From Iphione sp. A-MEVVRFRX5 (lineage: Eukaryota), in the NCBI GenBank assembly GCA_976226885.1, contig OZ320313.1, forward strand, positions 159,836,001 to 159,900,000: DNA of 64,000 bases, read 5' to 3'. The notes beneath the pieces were generated by a model. It was given only the letters and a program-made list of their open reading frames with translations. It was not told the origin of the DNA and ran no database searches. Shown piece by piece: positions 48,936-63,431 of the stretch (its first letter is position 1; each line of letters opens with the position of its first letter). The position numbers and the translations under genes were made by a program.

Positions 48936-50879
48936 ACAGGCTGTTTATATCTGCACATTCATTTCTGTCCATCCATTTGGTTGTATGCATGTATGTATGT
49001 TTGTATACCTCTTGATGGCAGAATTATGCTTTACTCTCTGGCTTTGCCAAATTTACATAGCTTTAAAGCATATCCCAATTAACGTTTCTATATTTTACCA
49101 AATTTACACACCTTTCCACTAAGTGTACCTAGATTTTCCTGAATTTAACACCTACACATTTTTATCCATTCCTATGCCACATAACTCGATTGTCTTGTGT
49201 TATTGGGATACTATCCAAAGCACGGTGTATACAATTATAAACAAAACATGTTTTGACCATGCTAATACCCTCCATGCATGAATTCAGACCATGCCAATAC
49301 TCCAAGCCAATTCCTGTATAAAAAAAAAGTTCGCACATTCACAAAGTATGCAGCACTCACCACGCCTTTTTCAATTTATAAACTATGCCTTAGAGTGTTC
49401 GGGTAGGGTTCAATTGATTTACCACAATTGATCGACCAAAAACTAAATATGTCATACTGCTTACAACAATCAATCACTCTCCTTGAAAAATTGCCCCACA
49501 TTACAAATCTATTAGTATGACTAGACTACAGATCAATTTTTACAGTGAAACGAAATGTGTTTTGTTGAATTGAACATGTAGAACAAACTTGCCCTTCAAA
49601 AAATGTCAGAAAAAAAACAAAAAGCTAAAACTATATCAACAAAGTACTGAACTGTTCCAAAAATTGCAAGTATGTACTTGTTTCATCATCTAATTTCCAT
49701 CGAAACATACCTCAAAATGAAAGGAAGAATACTTCTTTTGTAAAATCCCATTGCTGATGGAATTCACGTTATGAAAATGATAATGGAGCTTTCCGAAATG
49801 GAAAAGGAACTTCTAAAACTTGGTTCCGACGAGAAATAGGTTGGAAAAGGGAAGGACGGTCTCAGGAATAAAGTAAGTCGAGACATTAAAAAAGGACATA
49901 AAAGGACGACAGACAAAGGTGGCGGCGGGGGGAGGGATTCAAAGGGAAAGTAAGTTGATGGCGTACAAAAAATAAAGAAAGGTTGAGGAAGAGAGGCGGC
50001 TGGGCGAATTGGAGACGGAGAGGCACCACTATTGGCCGATGACCGCAGAAAGTGGCTGTCCATGTCCAGCAGATGGGGTCGACGTGCCGCCCCGACCTGA
50101 CAACCGCGATTCGATTACCCCTTTATTGCATTCGGATTGCACCCGCCTTGGATCAAGCCGCTAAAAAGTGTGCGTGCAGAGAACACGCGATGCACATGCC
50201 CACCGGGGACGGTGAGGGACCGTTGATGGACCTCAGCTCTGTAATTTACTGTTCACATTGATCCATAAAGAGTATATGTAACTGTCGTCGGTGTGTGTGT
50301 CTGTCATTAAAAAAAGAACTATTTCCTGTGTTTGAGCATCTTACTGGAAGTGTCTTCATGAAAACGGAGTTTTGTTGATATCGGATTATGCCAGCAATTA
50401 TGTATCACTTTGGTTGTTGTGACAAATAATAACCTGCTTTTTTAATCGCCACACATACCACACATATTTGTGAAAGGCTATGCTACAAACCTTTAAAAAA
50501 GACTACGAACAGTAAGGATCGATTGAGATTTTTAGATTAGAATAAACATACATGTAGATGACAAATGAGTGTCCTGGATGTAAATAAATTAATTAATCTA
50601 GACGGAGTACCCGAGAATTAGGGGAGAAGCTAGGCGTAGAGGAGGATCAAATGCAACTTTTTGTAGTCCATTCGCTCTAGAAAGTTGTAAGGCATTCCTT
50701 ACTGTCCGTTCGGAATATCCTCAAGTATTAATACAGTGTTATAAGAATGTGTTATTTTATTGCTAACGGAAATATTCTACCACCTAAGAAGAGGTTATAC
50801 CATACTCGAAACGCTGTTGAGATCGGCGTTTCCACGGGGATACTAATATTGGTTGGCAACGGTAATGTTTAACCCTCCT

Positions 50880-51592
50880 TCATCTCACAGGGACAAGGAA
50901 AGGATGACAAGAAAGCCAGTGTGTTTGTCCTAATTCTCTTTGTCTCCGCAATTTGCCTCCGAGCCGACGCACATTCTGTAACCGTATTGCCAGCTTGAAG
51001 GCTGGGCTATTTGCAAAGGCGATAGACAAACGTGTGATGTTCACGCTGCTTGCAACCTCTGGAAGCCAGTTTTCTTGATCAGAGTTGATGGTAAAGGGTG
51101 AAACAGCGAAATGCAGCATTGGGTTGATGACTTCTTTGCGCGTGACAGACAGCTTGGCTAATTGGTATTGACGCAGGAAATACGACTGTTTCATATACGC
51201 GCATCCTGTATCCTGCAGAGGATATGCCTTTCCCATCAATCTTTAAAGGTTCCCGGGACATACTCGCTCGTGTTACAACAAAAGGGTAGCTTTCTTCCAT
51301 TTTGATGCATTAAGAAAATGCTGACTATAAATTCAAAGGCGGCACATGCCATTTCCTGACACAATGTCCGTTCCGCATCCATTTCACTCTGTGAGCGTCC
51401 AATGAGAGGACACCCAATGCTCAATGCAATCGTCAGCTCGCCTGACGTTAATGCGAGATTAATATTTTCCTTCAGCATTGGATCTCTCCTAGCGATTGTT
51501 TCATGACTGGCTATGTGACCCGGCGAATGCATCGGACAAAAAACATTGCGGGCAATCACAATAATGGAATGGAACTACCCGTGCCTGATCAT
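50880..51592 (-). pseudogene. Decayed frame or ORF pair downstream of a TATA box
   Basis: Minus-strand TATAAA at 51619-51614. ATG at 51592 is in frame with the 107-aa ORF, with one TAG between. A TGATG junction at 51238-51234 leads into the 119-aa ORF. Confidence 0.3.
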
Positions 51593-54500
51593 ATCAACTC
51601 GGACATCAATTCCTTTATAAGACATAAGCGTGCCCACTGTAGCTGACCGAAAGTGATGGCTGTATGGCCGTTTGCCGTTTGCCTTTGTCCGGGGGAGGAA
51701 GGTCAGTTGGCGTGTCAACGACCATAGCGGAGCCGGGAAAATCTGTTAATAGAGTTGGGTATTAACGGAGGGCGCACGAGCTGCTCGCGACGAACTGCTC
51801 GCGAGTGGTTTGCCAGGCACAGGCGTCCAATTTGAGCCGTAGGTATGGGCTGTCAGCAGGGCACTGCGAGGAACCCACCTCTCTCTCCCTAATGAGCTAA
51901 TGCAAATGCACATCAGACCTGCCTCCAGATGCGCCAACGAAGAAACGCTAAATTCCCGGCGGGTAGGCGGGCAAAATCTCCAGGCGGGCATGTCGCCTGC
52001 ATACTCCGCCGCCCTGGGCCCATCGTGGTAGCCAGGAAAGCCGCACATTTGAGCCCTCTCTCTATATATATACAAGGTGCTCTTCCCAAGTCTGCCGCGG
52101 AATTCTATCCAGCCCCTCACTGTGCATATTTCATCACAGCCCAAGCTCTCTCGATATGCGCTCTGCCTGGCCTCAGTAGTTAGGCCAAACGCCCCACCCC
52201 CACCCTCTACTTGCAGTTTAATTATACATCTTTGCAGCCTGTATAAACTCCCTCAGCTAAGTCTTTTTGTTGCCCCGCCCGCTCACCGCTTGGCGCAGAC
52301 AAAACGTTTTGCGTGTACAGGCTCAGTTTCAAGGCGATTTCACTTGCAAAGAGCGTTACCTTTGAAACAACTGCTTTGGAATATACTGTATGCATTTAAA
52401 AATGCAAAACGGACGTTTTATTACTGTCCTGGCATATTACCACTTTCAGTCACTTTTCAAACTAATTGTCGTTTACATGTAATATTATTTGTTTGTGTAA
52501 GTATGTTTACATAAAGGAAGCGAGAATGTGTTGAATAGGTATTTTAACCAGGAGACACATTAGGAATAATAAAACATATCCACTTCATCTTTAAAAAGAG
52601 CTATAAAAACAAGACAACTTAATCGAGCATTACTCATGGTTTGTCAACAAATGAAACGATAGATTGAAAGAGATTTAACTTCGGGAAAGCGGGAGGTTTT
52701 AGTTGGGCGTCCTATGGGGGTTTCATCTATATTTTATCTGGCAAGAGATGGATCGTGAGTTGCGCTAGACTGTACTCACCCCTCGGCGAGGCTCTGCGGA
52801 GGAACCATCAGGCTCCCATCTGGCAACTTACCTACGGAAACAAGAGAACAAATTGCGGAATTACGGCGACGCTCAACACGTGGAAATGGCAATCAATAGC
52901 ACATGTATAGAGGAGGTGCAATAGACAGCTGCAATGTTCAGAGGTATGAATCACGTCACCGCGGCACAACAAAAGAATCTACATCAATGAGAGAATGTTG
53001 CTGTACAAAGGTGCCTCTAGTTCAAAACGCCACCTGAAGCAAAGAAACACTGTCGGGAGGTAATGGTTTGACTATCCTTGGATGTTATCATCCATTAAGA
53101 CTTGAAGTTGTTTTAGAATAACAGATTGATTCGACTGTAATTGTTTAATGGAGAATAGATGTAATGCCGTTATATGCGCCAAGATGCTTGCTTGAAATTA
53201 AATTAATGCATATATCAAGTTGACTTTCCAAGTAGCAGTGTTTTATCCTATAGTTTCATCACACGAACAAGCTCTGGAGAAGAACATAATTAACTGCGAT
53301 ACATTAGATATACACTTTCTAACTATTTAGATGACGATCTGTTAAGTTCGTGAAGACCGACTACGCGTTATCAATTATGAACCGTTAACAAAAGAATCGA
53401 ATAGTGTTGGCAGTTTGAAACAGCTCAGGCTTAATTAATGAACGTGGAGGGGGAAAACATGAAGAGTATAATACATATTGTCTGCGGAGGTAGTCGTGCG
53501 GAAGCGTGCTGGTGCTCTCACATTAGAATATCTGTGCTCCGGTGTCCAGGCGACTATGTAAGGTCCCATGAAGAAGTGTGTGAGGCAATGGAATACGCTG
53601 TATGTATCACTGTCGCTGTTGTTCGCAAAAATAAAGGCGTGGGATCAAGTAAGGTGAACTGGTATGTAGGTATGTATGTGTTAGTGCGTGTGATTGTGTG
53701 CGCGGTTGGGGGCTGAGGATAGAGGTGTTCCCGATGGTCGATATGCGGATATGAAGGTAGTTGCAATGTAAAGGGGAGAGGGTGCCAATGGTGGTGGGGG
53801 GAGGGGTTGAGACAGAAGCGTCCAGGGAGCTATATTCGTATACTCTCCGCACTGGAAGATCGATGGCTGGGAACAAAGGCGCGACACGCCCGGAGGAAAA
53901 CAACAGCACTGGCGAGAGACAGAGCGAAGACCTAGCCTCCCCACCCCCCCCCCCCCGCCACCCTCCCCAAGCACCCCAACCACACCACCTCCCTCTCCTT
54001 GCCTAAAGGAAGAGAAAGGCGCCCGGCGGATGTACTCAGGAGCCTCCTACAGGAGGCGACGCCATTAGACAGTGAGGCAGTATAGATCATCGATGTCCTC
54101 TGAAGATCATCAGCGACTTGTCTTCTGAGGATCAGCCCCAAAGTGGCCGCTAGCTGTGCGTTACCTCCAGCTCTGCAGTGGCAGGGTGTCACCTTTATTT
54201 TGCCGTTTCTTCCTGTGTCTTGCTCTACATATATTCCCCTAGCGCGTTTCTAATAGATGTGCTATGCAATCCTCCTCCTCCCACTTTATCTACAGTGTAC
54301 ATGTATTTATTTATCTCTCTACCATTTTTCTCCGTGGAACTTACACACCTGCGCCAATCTGTTTGTCCAGTACATTTGTCTCCCTGCTAGTAAGTCCTCC
54401 GAGTATTCTCTTTGTGGTCTCATAATTTCAACTGTCCCCAGACCATCCTCGTTCTTCAGTTGTCATGTACACTAGGAAGTCCCAATTAAACTATGCCAAC

Positions 54501-57500
54501 GTCTGCTCCAAGTGATAGACCACTTTTTTGATCAATGTATTCTTTGAATGACTGGAAGTTTTCCTTTTCGATTCGAATCCAGCGATGCATTTCCATAAAC
54601 ATGATCGTAAAAAGGCCGTTGGATGTAATACCGTCAGTATAATTCTCTCCCAGCAACACTGGCAAGGCTACAAAAACAGGAATGTAAGCTTCTTTATCAC
54701 ATTGCTTTAATGAGCCTTTTTGCGAGGACTGTATAATTGTCAGTGCTCGAATTGAAACGAAAAAATTCTTTCCAGATAAAAAAAAGACCCATGAGCATAG
54801 GGCTGCAAGGTAGGTGGGCGTGGAGGAAAGGGCCACTCTGAGCACATCATCACGTCTGGCCACGACAAGTTAGAGGGCAGGTGTGCGCAAAGGCCCGGTC
54901 CTTCACGCCGGCATCCGTCACGACAATAGAGCACGGAGCTAACTTAATAGGGACGTAAAGCAGGCGAGAGAGGAAGGCTATGAAATGCTATGGCAGAGCT
55001 TCACAATTATCAGCCCCTACCACTCTTCGGCCAGGTATCTGTCAATATAGGAGATCCGCGCCTCATGGCCCACTCACGCCTGTCGTCATGAGAGGCGCCG
55101 GTTAAAAGTCCATTTAAGTGAGTTCCTATCAGTAGCGCGTTATTACACGCTCTTGAACCGCTCCTTGAAAGACTTGCTCATGAGACTGATTTCTTTAAAC
55201 ATCTGAGCAGACCCTTTTATGATGATGAAGGTAATGACGATAAGAAGATCTATGTTGCGACACATGATTTCAATTTCTCACAACTGAACGCAGTTAATGA
55301 TAACCAGTATGTGCAACTATATATCTGACGTTGATCATGATTATAGAAAAACTGACGATTTTAATAGCACACACAGACACATAAATATATATATGTATAC
55401 CTATAATGTTTTCGTTTGCATTAGGTAGATTCCTGTAACTCTTATGTTATTTAAGAAGAAAGCGAAATGCATCGTGTGCCTTCCCAGTCTTCGCACCATG
55501 TTTTCTTTTTATGCTACTTCTTTTTCCCTCAAGATGGACTTCTGCTGGAGTCACTTATTGCCAATCCCTCTAAGTGGCTTGCGAACATTTATTGTACCTC
55601 CACCCTCTAATGGGATTCTGAGGCCTTTTTCATCTTCGCCTCTGATCCGCTCTAGCAGTGTTATCGTCTGTTTCACAGCGCCAAGGCCCGGCGAAGGCAC
55701 ACTTGATGAAGAACCCGACCGACAGAAGCCGGCAACCCGACCTTTATAGAATTGCCCTATCTGACCATTGTGGACCGGGGGTTCTCCAGCGTCAGGAGCA
55801 TTTTGGAGGTGAGAGGCGAGGTGTCTGGGTGAGGAACATGGACTAAGCTTCTCGCAGAATCACGTCAGTCACCGCCCTTGAGAGTTTGGTTAACTTAGGG
55901 ATATCACCGACTGGGAAAATCGGAGACTATTTCCATCGATTCAATATCTTTAAGCCCTCTTGATCGACCACAAGGCTGGGCCCCTTTCCTTCAGCGGCAG
56001 CCGCGTAGTTTCTGGAGTTATCGCAAGGGTGAGTCAGGGTGGCGCCTGGTGAGCTTAGTCGACAACTCTCGGAAAAGGCGGTATCTCCCTCTCGCGGAAA
56101 GCATAGTACTAAGTGTATCCTGCACCGACATCGAGCAAGGATGTGAGTGAGGCTGAAAGAAATGAAAACCATCGGGAGGAAGAAAGGAGGAAGCGGTGGG
56201 GAAAATCGTGCAGACGTTTTCATGAGACTGCATGAAAGAGAACGGCATAATCGCTTTTCTCAGTCCCCCCTCCCCCACCCCTGCAAGCAATAAACCATCT
56301 ATGTGTGTACATGTATATTTTTACACATATGACTGGATGGTAGTTCTCGTGACCCGCTGTAAACCTTTATAGGGTCTTCTTTGTCATGCAACATTTACTT
56401 TCTGTATACATCTCTGGACATGTGGCGCTTCCCATTTCGGGATTCACTTACTTCGGCGAGCCAGCGAGTGAGGGCAGCACCAGTCGAACGCACGCAATGC
56501 ATCATATTTTTCAGGCGTGGGTGACTCCATGTTGGATTATCAAGATAACACATCGTCGACAGACAATAGTAAATGAAATCAGCGTCTCAGTGGGTAAACT
56601 ATGCGGAGAATGAAAATGCTACGTGGAAATTTTGGGGGAAGAAAATTTACTCCCGGCTCATATATAGTAATACATTTACTACAGGCTCATATGCAAAGCG
56701 ATATCTGAAGGTATCTGCATACAGCTCGTAGTGAAATATAATCAGCCGTTCGCCTAAACAGATTCTGTGAAAGATCGCAGGAATGAAATGTTCTTTCGTC
56801 TTAGAGCTGACAATAGAAATACTTTTGACAAAAGGTCGTCATAGTTTCACATTAATAAAGATTGTATTTTATCGTTTTGCTTCCATATTATAGAGTATAA
56901 AAATGTATATGAGAACCTCATTAGATCTAGCAGCATAGTTAAATGTGCTGGGGTGGAGCATGTTTGGAATAAGGAAGATGACAAGGTTAAATGCATGCAG
57001 AATGCATGCTTAATGTCAGAAGGCTATCCAACAAAGCCACCAGACACCACCATTTAATCAAAGATCACAGAAAAGACAATTACAACAGTTTGGAGAGGAA
57101 GCGCGACTGTGAAGTATATATTCATGAGTCTTGCTTGGTTAAGCAACTGTCGTCCTTCGGTAAGGGTATGGCACAGGTCTGCCACCTGGTGGTTCGCACC
57201 GATACTATCCGTCAGCGACCGCCGCGTTATCAATAAACCTTCTCTTCACGCTGCAATGGCGTGTCTCGAAAGTGTTATCTTTTGAAGCAATAGATTAACA
57301 GTCCAGAAAGGAGTGTGAGTAAATGCTATTTTCATTAACATTAAAGGGCTTCCAAGTCCAAAGGTGCATTCATTACAGAGGGATATGTTACGAAAGGGAG
57401 GTGTTGGTAAAATAGACAAATCAACAAGAAAATCAAGCGTCGGTTTTTAAGATGGCGTCCTATCGTCGATGCGTCTTGATCCTTGATGCGTAAGTGGCGC

Positions 57501-57608
57501 TATTGATTGACATGCCCCGATGTGAGATCCGTTCTAATCGATTGTTGTTTCTAAGTTTCGATTAATTGACTAACTATAAAAGCACAGAGCGGGTACCGCC
57601 GCTGAGTA

Positions 57609-58364
57609 ATGGCTGATGTTCCCACCTTGGCCTATGGTAACCCAGCGCGGCAAAGGACCCTGAGAGAGTTGTGTGTGTGGTCCTTTCGGTCCTACCCCCC
57701 ATCCTACCCGCATTGCAGCGACCCTGCCCTCCCATCACTCACGGCCCTCTCCATTCATATTCAATTTACACCCGGGCCTAGGGTCTGGCCCGTCTGCAAG
57801 CAGCTCGCAAACGTTGGCAAACGACTCCCCAGATGCTCATCTGAGCATCCCAGGAGCGGACGTCTGGTTGGAGAGGCATTGAGCCACTGACACCCCGCAG
57901 CACATAGGAACTGAGCACGGGAAGAAAGGAAACCACCGCCAGGCCATTCATATATGTATGTTCCATACTTCGCCAACAAACGATTTCCCATTCAGAAAGA
58001 TTGACCTTCATTGTCCATTGTTTCCGCCCTAACCTGTCCCTTGTGCATCCGCGGAGAGTGAATAGCTGAGTCCGCCATCCTCCAACTGCACGCCGCCCTC
58101 ACCTTTACCCGCACCGGGATAAGAAATTCCCACACTCTCTCGGCGCTGTCAGTCAACCGCCGTTGTCATGCAAATCCATTTCTTTATGAGGCGGCCCTGA
58201 CATTTGCGAGTAGGCGTATCTTTTGTGATGTTGTACCGGTGTTGTTGTCAAGCCCCAGGCAAGACCCATTTCTACCGCAACGGTCGGTAAAGCCTGCGGG
58301 CGGTTCCCGATGGCTCGGGCAGAGTGTTTCAATCGCGCGCGTGTTCACGTCCAGCTGCACCTAA
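57609..58364 (+). pseudogene. Decayed intron-less frame (252 codons, 4 internal TGA) downstream of a TATA box
   Basis: TATAAAA at 57575-57581, ATGG at 57609, TGA at 57888, 57912, 58002 and 58059, final TAA at 58362. Confidence 0.35.
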
Positions 58365-61300
58365 AGCAGAATACGTTGAGTATGAATTCATATGCACTTG
58401 CCCCAAAATCATGAACATGAGTTATTCTAAGGAGAGCAAGAAAATGGTTCAGTGGAAATACAGGTGAAGACGAAAGGGCTCACTCGCGCAAAATTCACCG
58501 GCTGATACATAGCTAGCAACTGGGAAACATTTCATTCTTGCATTTCCGTGTGTTGATCACAACGTAAGTCGTTTTTGTCTCATTATGCAACCCCATAGGC
58601 TTGGTACGTGAAAGAAAGCCTTCTCCGGAAGATGACGAAACTGTTTTGGTCATTGATATTTTAGGTCGTTAGTTGCGTTGGAGCATCACGAGTACTGCGT
58701 AATCAATGCTGCCAAGGTTATGTTTCTGTATTTAATTATTTAGGTAAAAGAAGAAAAAACAAACACACGTATGAAGAAAGTACCAGCGAACTTGTCCCTG
58801 CAGCTTTTGTAAAAACGAAAGCACGGCATACGCTGAGCTCCATCGGAGGGGGACCCAGAGGTGTTGTGAAGCGCCACTACGGGCCTCTGGTGATTGCCGC
58901 GGGTACTAAGACAACGGCGAAAAAAGTACGTTACAATCTGGCGGCCACGTGCGTTGAACAGTCCTCCGTGCCATTGGCGCGATCCATTCAGTGTTTGATA
59001 GTGGCGCTCATAATTCTGGTCTGGAATCGAAAGGGACCTTGTCATGATCGATTGTTTGAATGAAGACAAATCGATCAGCCCCCCCCCCCCTCTGGCTAGA
59101 CCAATTAGCGTCCCATTTGGAAACCCGACGAGGAGATCAAAGACGACTCTCGACTTCTTGAAATTGATAATTTCCGCACGACCATGACGGGTCTGTGATC
59201 ACCATTGTGACCGTTTAATCATGGCTGCCGCGCCGGGGATGTGTTGTATAATGTTAAACCTGTCAATCTCCGGTCTCTTCATAGAATCCTGGCCCGGCTA
59301 CTTGTAATGCATACTGCCAATTGCGGCGTAATTACGCTTCCCAACTTGATATCCCATCCCCGCTAAATAACCACCGAAGGAAGCTGTTTCACAGTTGTAA
59401 AGCTTGGATCATGCATGACAGATGCAATCGTTGCTTTGTGCTCAACAGGAGATAGCCTTCGATCTCATCCATGGTGCAGCAACATGCCATTGTTTATATT
59501 TTGACTCTGAAACGCGATCGCTTAAATTGCAATTAATATTTTGAGAAACCCTTAATGATGCTGCAAAATATATTGACGGAATGCTGCCGGAAATACTGCA
59601 CATACATGTATTAGAATTGGTGAACGGAGCTGAATCTATACTTGCCTAGATACAGAGGTACGTGATGTTTGTGGTGTAATTACAAGCTTAAATAATTACG
59701 TATTGGATGGGTGCTCTCTTCATCTTGCAATGGACAATCACTTTACCCGGGAACATCTTTTGCAAGCATCACAAGAGTCGCCATTGGAGAAGTGGTTGAC
59801 CCAGATGAAGATAGTATGTTAGAATCATACTCTAGACCCTAAGCAGGGGGACAATATTTGTTGTAGTTAGCTTATCTCAGATTTCGCAGTTAAACCAGCA
59901 ATGGAAGCATTGAGCAAAAGCATAACCTTATAGCTTTGATCATTCAGTTGTAAAAGAGGCCCACGCGAGGATTGACTATTTATTGAGCCAATTGATGCCT
60001 CGCTCCTGACAACATTCCACAATACAACGGTTTTTAATTTCACAGGTCCTTGCCTTATGATAATTGACCGAAATGGGAGGTGGAGATCCGTGTCTTCTAA
60101 AGGCTCTTTCAACTTGGGCTGGGTCGAGATAATAAATGCCTACTGCCTCAGAACATCGGAATTAATGGCAGGTCCCTAGAGTGCTTGGAAGGTTGGGGTG
60201 ACGCCGACGGCACAGCTCACTACGACGTGGTATTTTCTCAATGTGTGGCCACCCATGCGTCTCAACTGCGCGGCCCACATATTCTTATCAGTGCAGCAGC
60301 GAGAAGCCAGGCTGTTCGATGGTCGGAAAATAGGCTCGATCAACTGCGAATTACAACTTAATTTCACTTTCGCTCTATAATGGGCGGCGATTGTCGGGTG
60401 TGTTGGCCCTCGGACAGTTGAGGCCCACTCTCCTGTTGGGCATGATACGCCGACGGTACAGGCGGATAGAGTGCAGCAGCATTCTGGCGGTAGAAGGAAG
60501 AGCAGAGAGAGAAAGGGAGGGAGTATGTAGAAGCATGTACCCCTGAGGGGTTGGACGGTAGATGGCCGTCGATGGCAGAGGCTTTTCGGCTGCAGCTTGA
60601 TTTGTCTCCAGCGGTTGGAGGGGTTGTGGTTTTTAATTAACTTGGTGGCGGAATGGGTGACGCGTCTATGGCTGGGTGGCTACTGTGTAATTAACATGTC
60701 CCCAGAAGGGGTAAGGTCTTCCAGCCTGGATGGGAGGCATTTTCAATAGGTTCAGTGTCCTCCGAGCCTTAAAGCGAGGATAGATATCTTACGCCTCGCT
60801 TGGCCCTTATTATATGCCAATCGCTTCATTTTTCATTTTTCATGCCAATATAGCGAAGCCGCTGGTGAATATTTTCACAACCTGACATCATTTTACACAT
60901 ACAACGAGCAGGTTTTTTTCTGGGTAAAGTTGCCAGTTGCCACTGGCACATCAGTGTATCATGGACCCCAAAAATCCTTATTACTTCAAAACTCTTACCG
61001 AATGTAGGGCATACACGTTTGTGGAGGTGGATAGCAAGTATTATAGGATGCGTGGTAGATTGCACGCAGAACGATTCCTATTGGCTGCATTGCGGAGCTA
61101 AAGGTGTCTTTTTCTGCAAAGCTTTGGGAAGTATCACAAGAACAACTGTGGTGGACTGTAACGAGCGACTTAGCCATAGCCATCCGCTTACAGTGAAAGG
61201 GACGACAGAGAGTCTGCTACCCACACCATTAGGAGAATATCTTTCCCTTCGCAATATTTCATAAAAGATCTACGGCATTGCTTCCCATACAAGTCGAAAA

Positions 61301-63431
61301 TGGAATAGTATTCCGCATTGTCCATTCTTGATGTAGCATTAATGCGACGGATTTGTAAAGCTATTGCATCAAACGGTGTATCCCTTATGTATTTCCCACA
61401 CAGCTGAAAAAATAGGTATATGTGGTGAACTCGCACCACCTACGGTTGCCAGAGAATCATAAATAGCAAGCAGACTTACAGAATATTTTACATAGCTGCT
61501 TAAAGCATTAAATGCATATGTCAGGGTATGTGTACTTTAGGGTCGAAGGAAAATATTAGTTGATAAATTTATCACGCAGTTCAAAGGATATGCACCATAT
61601 TCAGAAGTCTGCGATTCTACTTAATCAAAATGCAAAGAAAGGTAAATTGATATTCCTGCCTTTAACCAAATGTGCTGCTCCTATCCATGGCTTTCTTCAC
61701 CGTAAAAGGAGAAACGAAATGAATGGGAAAGATTGAATAAGGAAGGTCTCCTTATAATTCCACCAGGATATAAGCGAGTCTATTTAGATCCGGTTCGACT
61801 GACCATCATAAAGAATAGCACTGCAGCAATGGCAAATTTGAATCACAGCCTCACTTGTGTGAAAATAGTGTTCATAAGACAGAAACAGTGCATAGCACGG
61901 AAAGGCATAATGTTACACAGGAGGTAAACTTGAGTCAGAGTCAGTGCCACTTCACCAACAATTATAGTGCCTTTCGTTTGTAGCAGGAAACGTTGCTGTA
62001 TATCTACTGATTTACATGTCTGACATTTGTGTAAATGTAAGGAGAAACGTTACTTCCATGAATGATAATATTCACTCAAATGGAGCCTCCTATTGCTGAT
62101 ATATCTGAACGAAGGTGACATAAGCTGGGAGGAACTACATGTGTAGTGGAACAGATCATTACGGACAATACCCTACTCATTACATCCCATATCATGAACA
62201 GGCTAGTAACAGAACCAAATCTATATATTTATGTTTCAATACTCCTGCTTATGACTTCCAACTTTATGGACAGCTTATGGTCAGTCCCTTCGCTGTCTGT
62301 AATAGAGAGGGTCCACTCTATTGTGAAGTATGAATTATTCAGTACATATTCCGACCTTCTCTGTTGAAAAGTAAACATAACTGCATTGTTAGTTTACTAT
62401 TATTCAATTGAAACCACTGTGGCAGATGCTGGAAAGCTCGGTCGCACGCCAAAGTTTGGCGGGTATATTTTGTAAGGGACCACATTATATGTATATACTA
62501 TGAACAAAACAAAATCTCATTTACACGAGGAACAGCTTTGTCTGCAGCATTCACTACACCAATGGGAGTGTTGCAAATGAGCTGATTATGAAATGATAGC
62601 ATTGCAGCGAAGACGAACTTGAGAGGCAGGTGTATGTAGCAATGAATAGGCCACCGCGGCGACGCCAACAGATCCATCAATGATGACGTCTACAATCTTC
62701 AAAAGGAACATCGCACTAACTATGGCCTGTCTATACTCGCTAGATCCATTACATACTTCAATGAATGGATCTAAGGTAATATTTCAAAACGCTTCCACAA
62801 GAATTCTGAGATACTGCAGGCTTTAAGCCTATAGAAATCGGATAACACCTTCCATACAACGCCCCGGAGTAAATTACCTGGTAAAGAAGTGTAATTTTTT
62901 TTGTTCTCACGGGTTTTCTTACAAAAAAGAGAACAGATAGCTGAAGTTCTTGTAACGTGTCTGTCTGGTTTCTTGGATCTCAGCGAATCTAGGTGACGTA
63001 TATGTTATTAAAACTGTCGGCTACAATCAGCTGTTTCTACCAACAGGTCAGAAACACGACGCTTGGAGGGTCCAACATTTGACAAGGCTAGGGACCTTCC
63101 TTTTACCTCCCTTGTGGTGTGAGGTCTTTCTCAGCCTGCTAAGGTGAGTCCTTCCAGGCAACTTTCCTTCATCATTTATTATAGCAACGCTTATTTATGG
63201 CCGTTTACCTCGTTTTCCTTCATCTCATTCCGGTAACCAATCTCCTCCAGGGCACCGGCGGACCTGCGCAGAAGAATCTCTGCTGTCACTTCCGCTTGGC
63301 AAGCAAATCCTCCAACGATGCCGTCGCGTCGCGCGGTAATCGTCGGCGCGTTTTTTGAGACGCAACCGTCGGTCGCGGCGTTGTCGCCCCGACCGGCACG
63401 CCACGTCCCAAGGCGGGGTCAGTTTTCATAA

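Noticed and set aside
54661-55290. Protein-like plus-strand frame (DVKQAREEGYEMLWQSF...)
   Set aside because: Stops occur about every 25 codons, indistinguishable from random.
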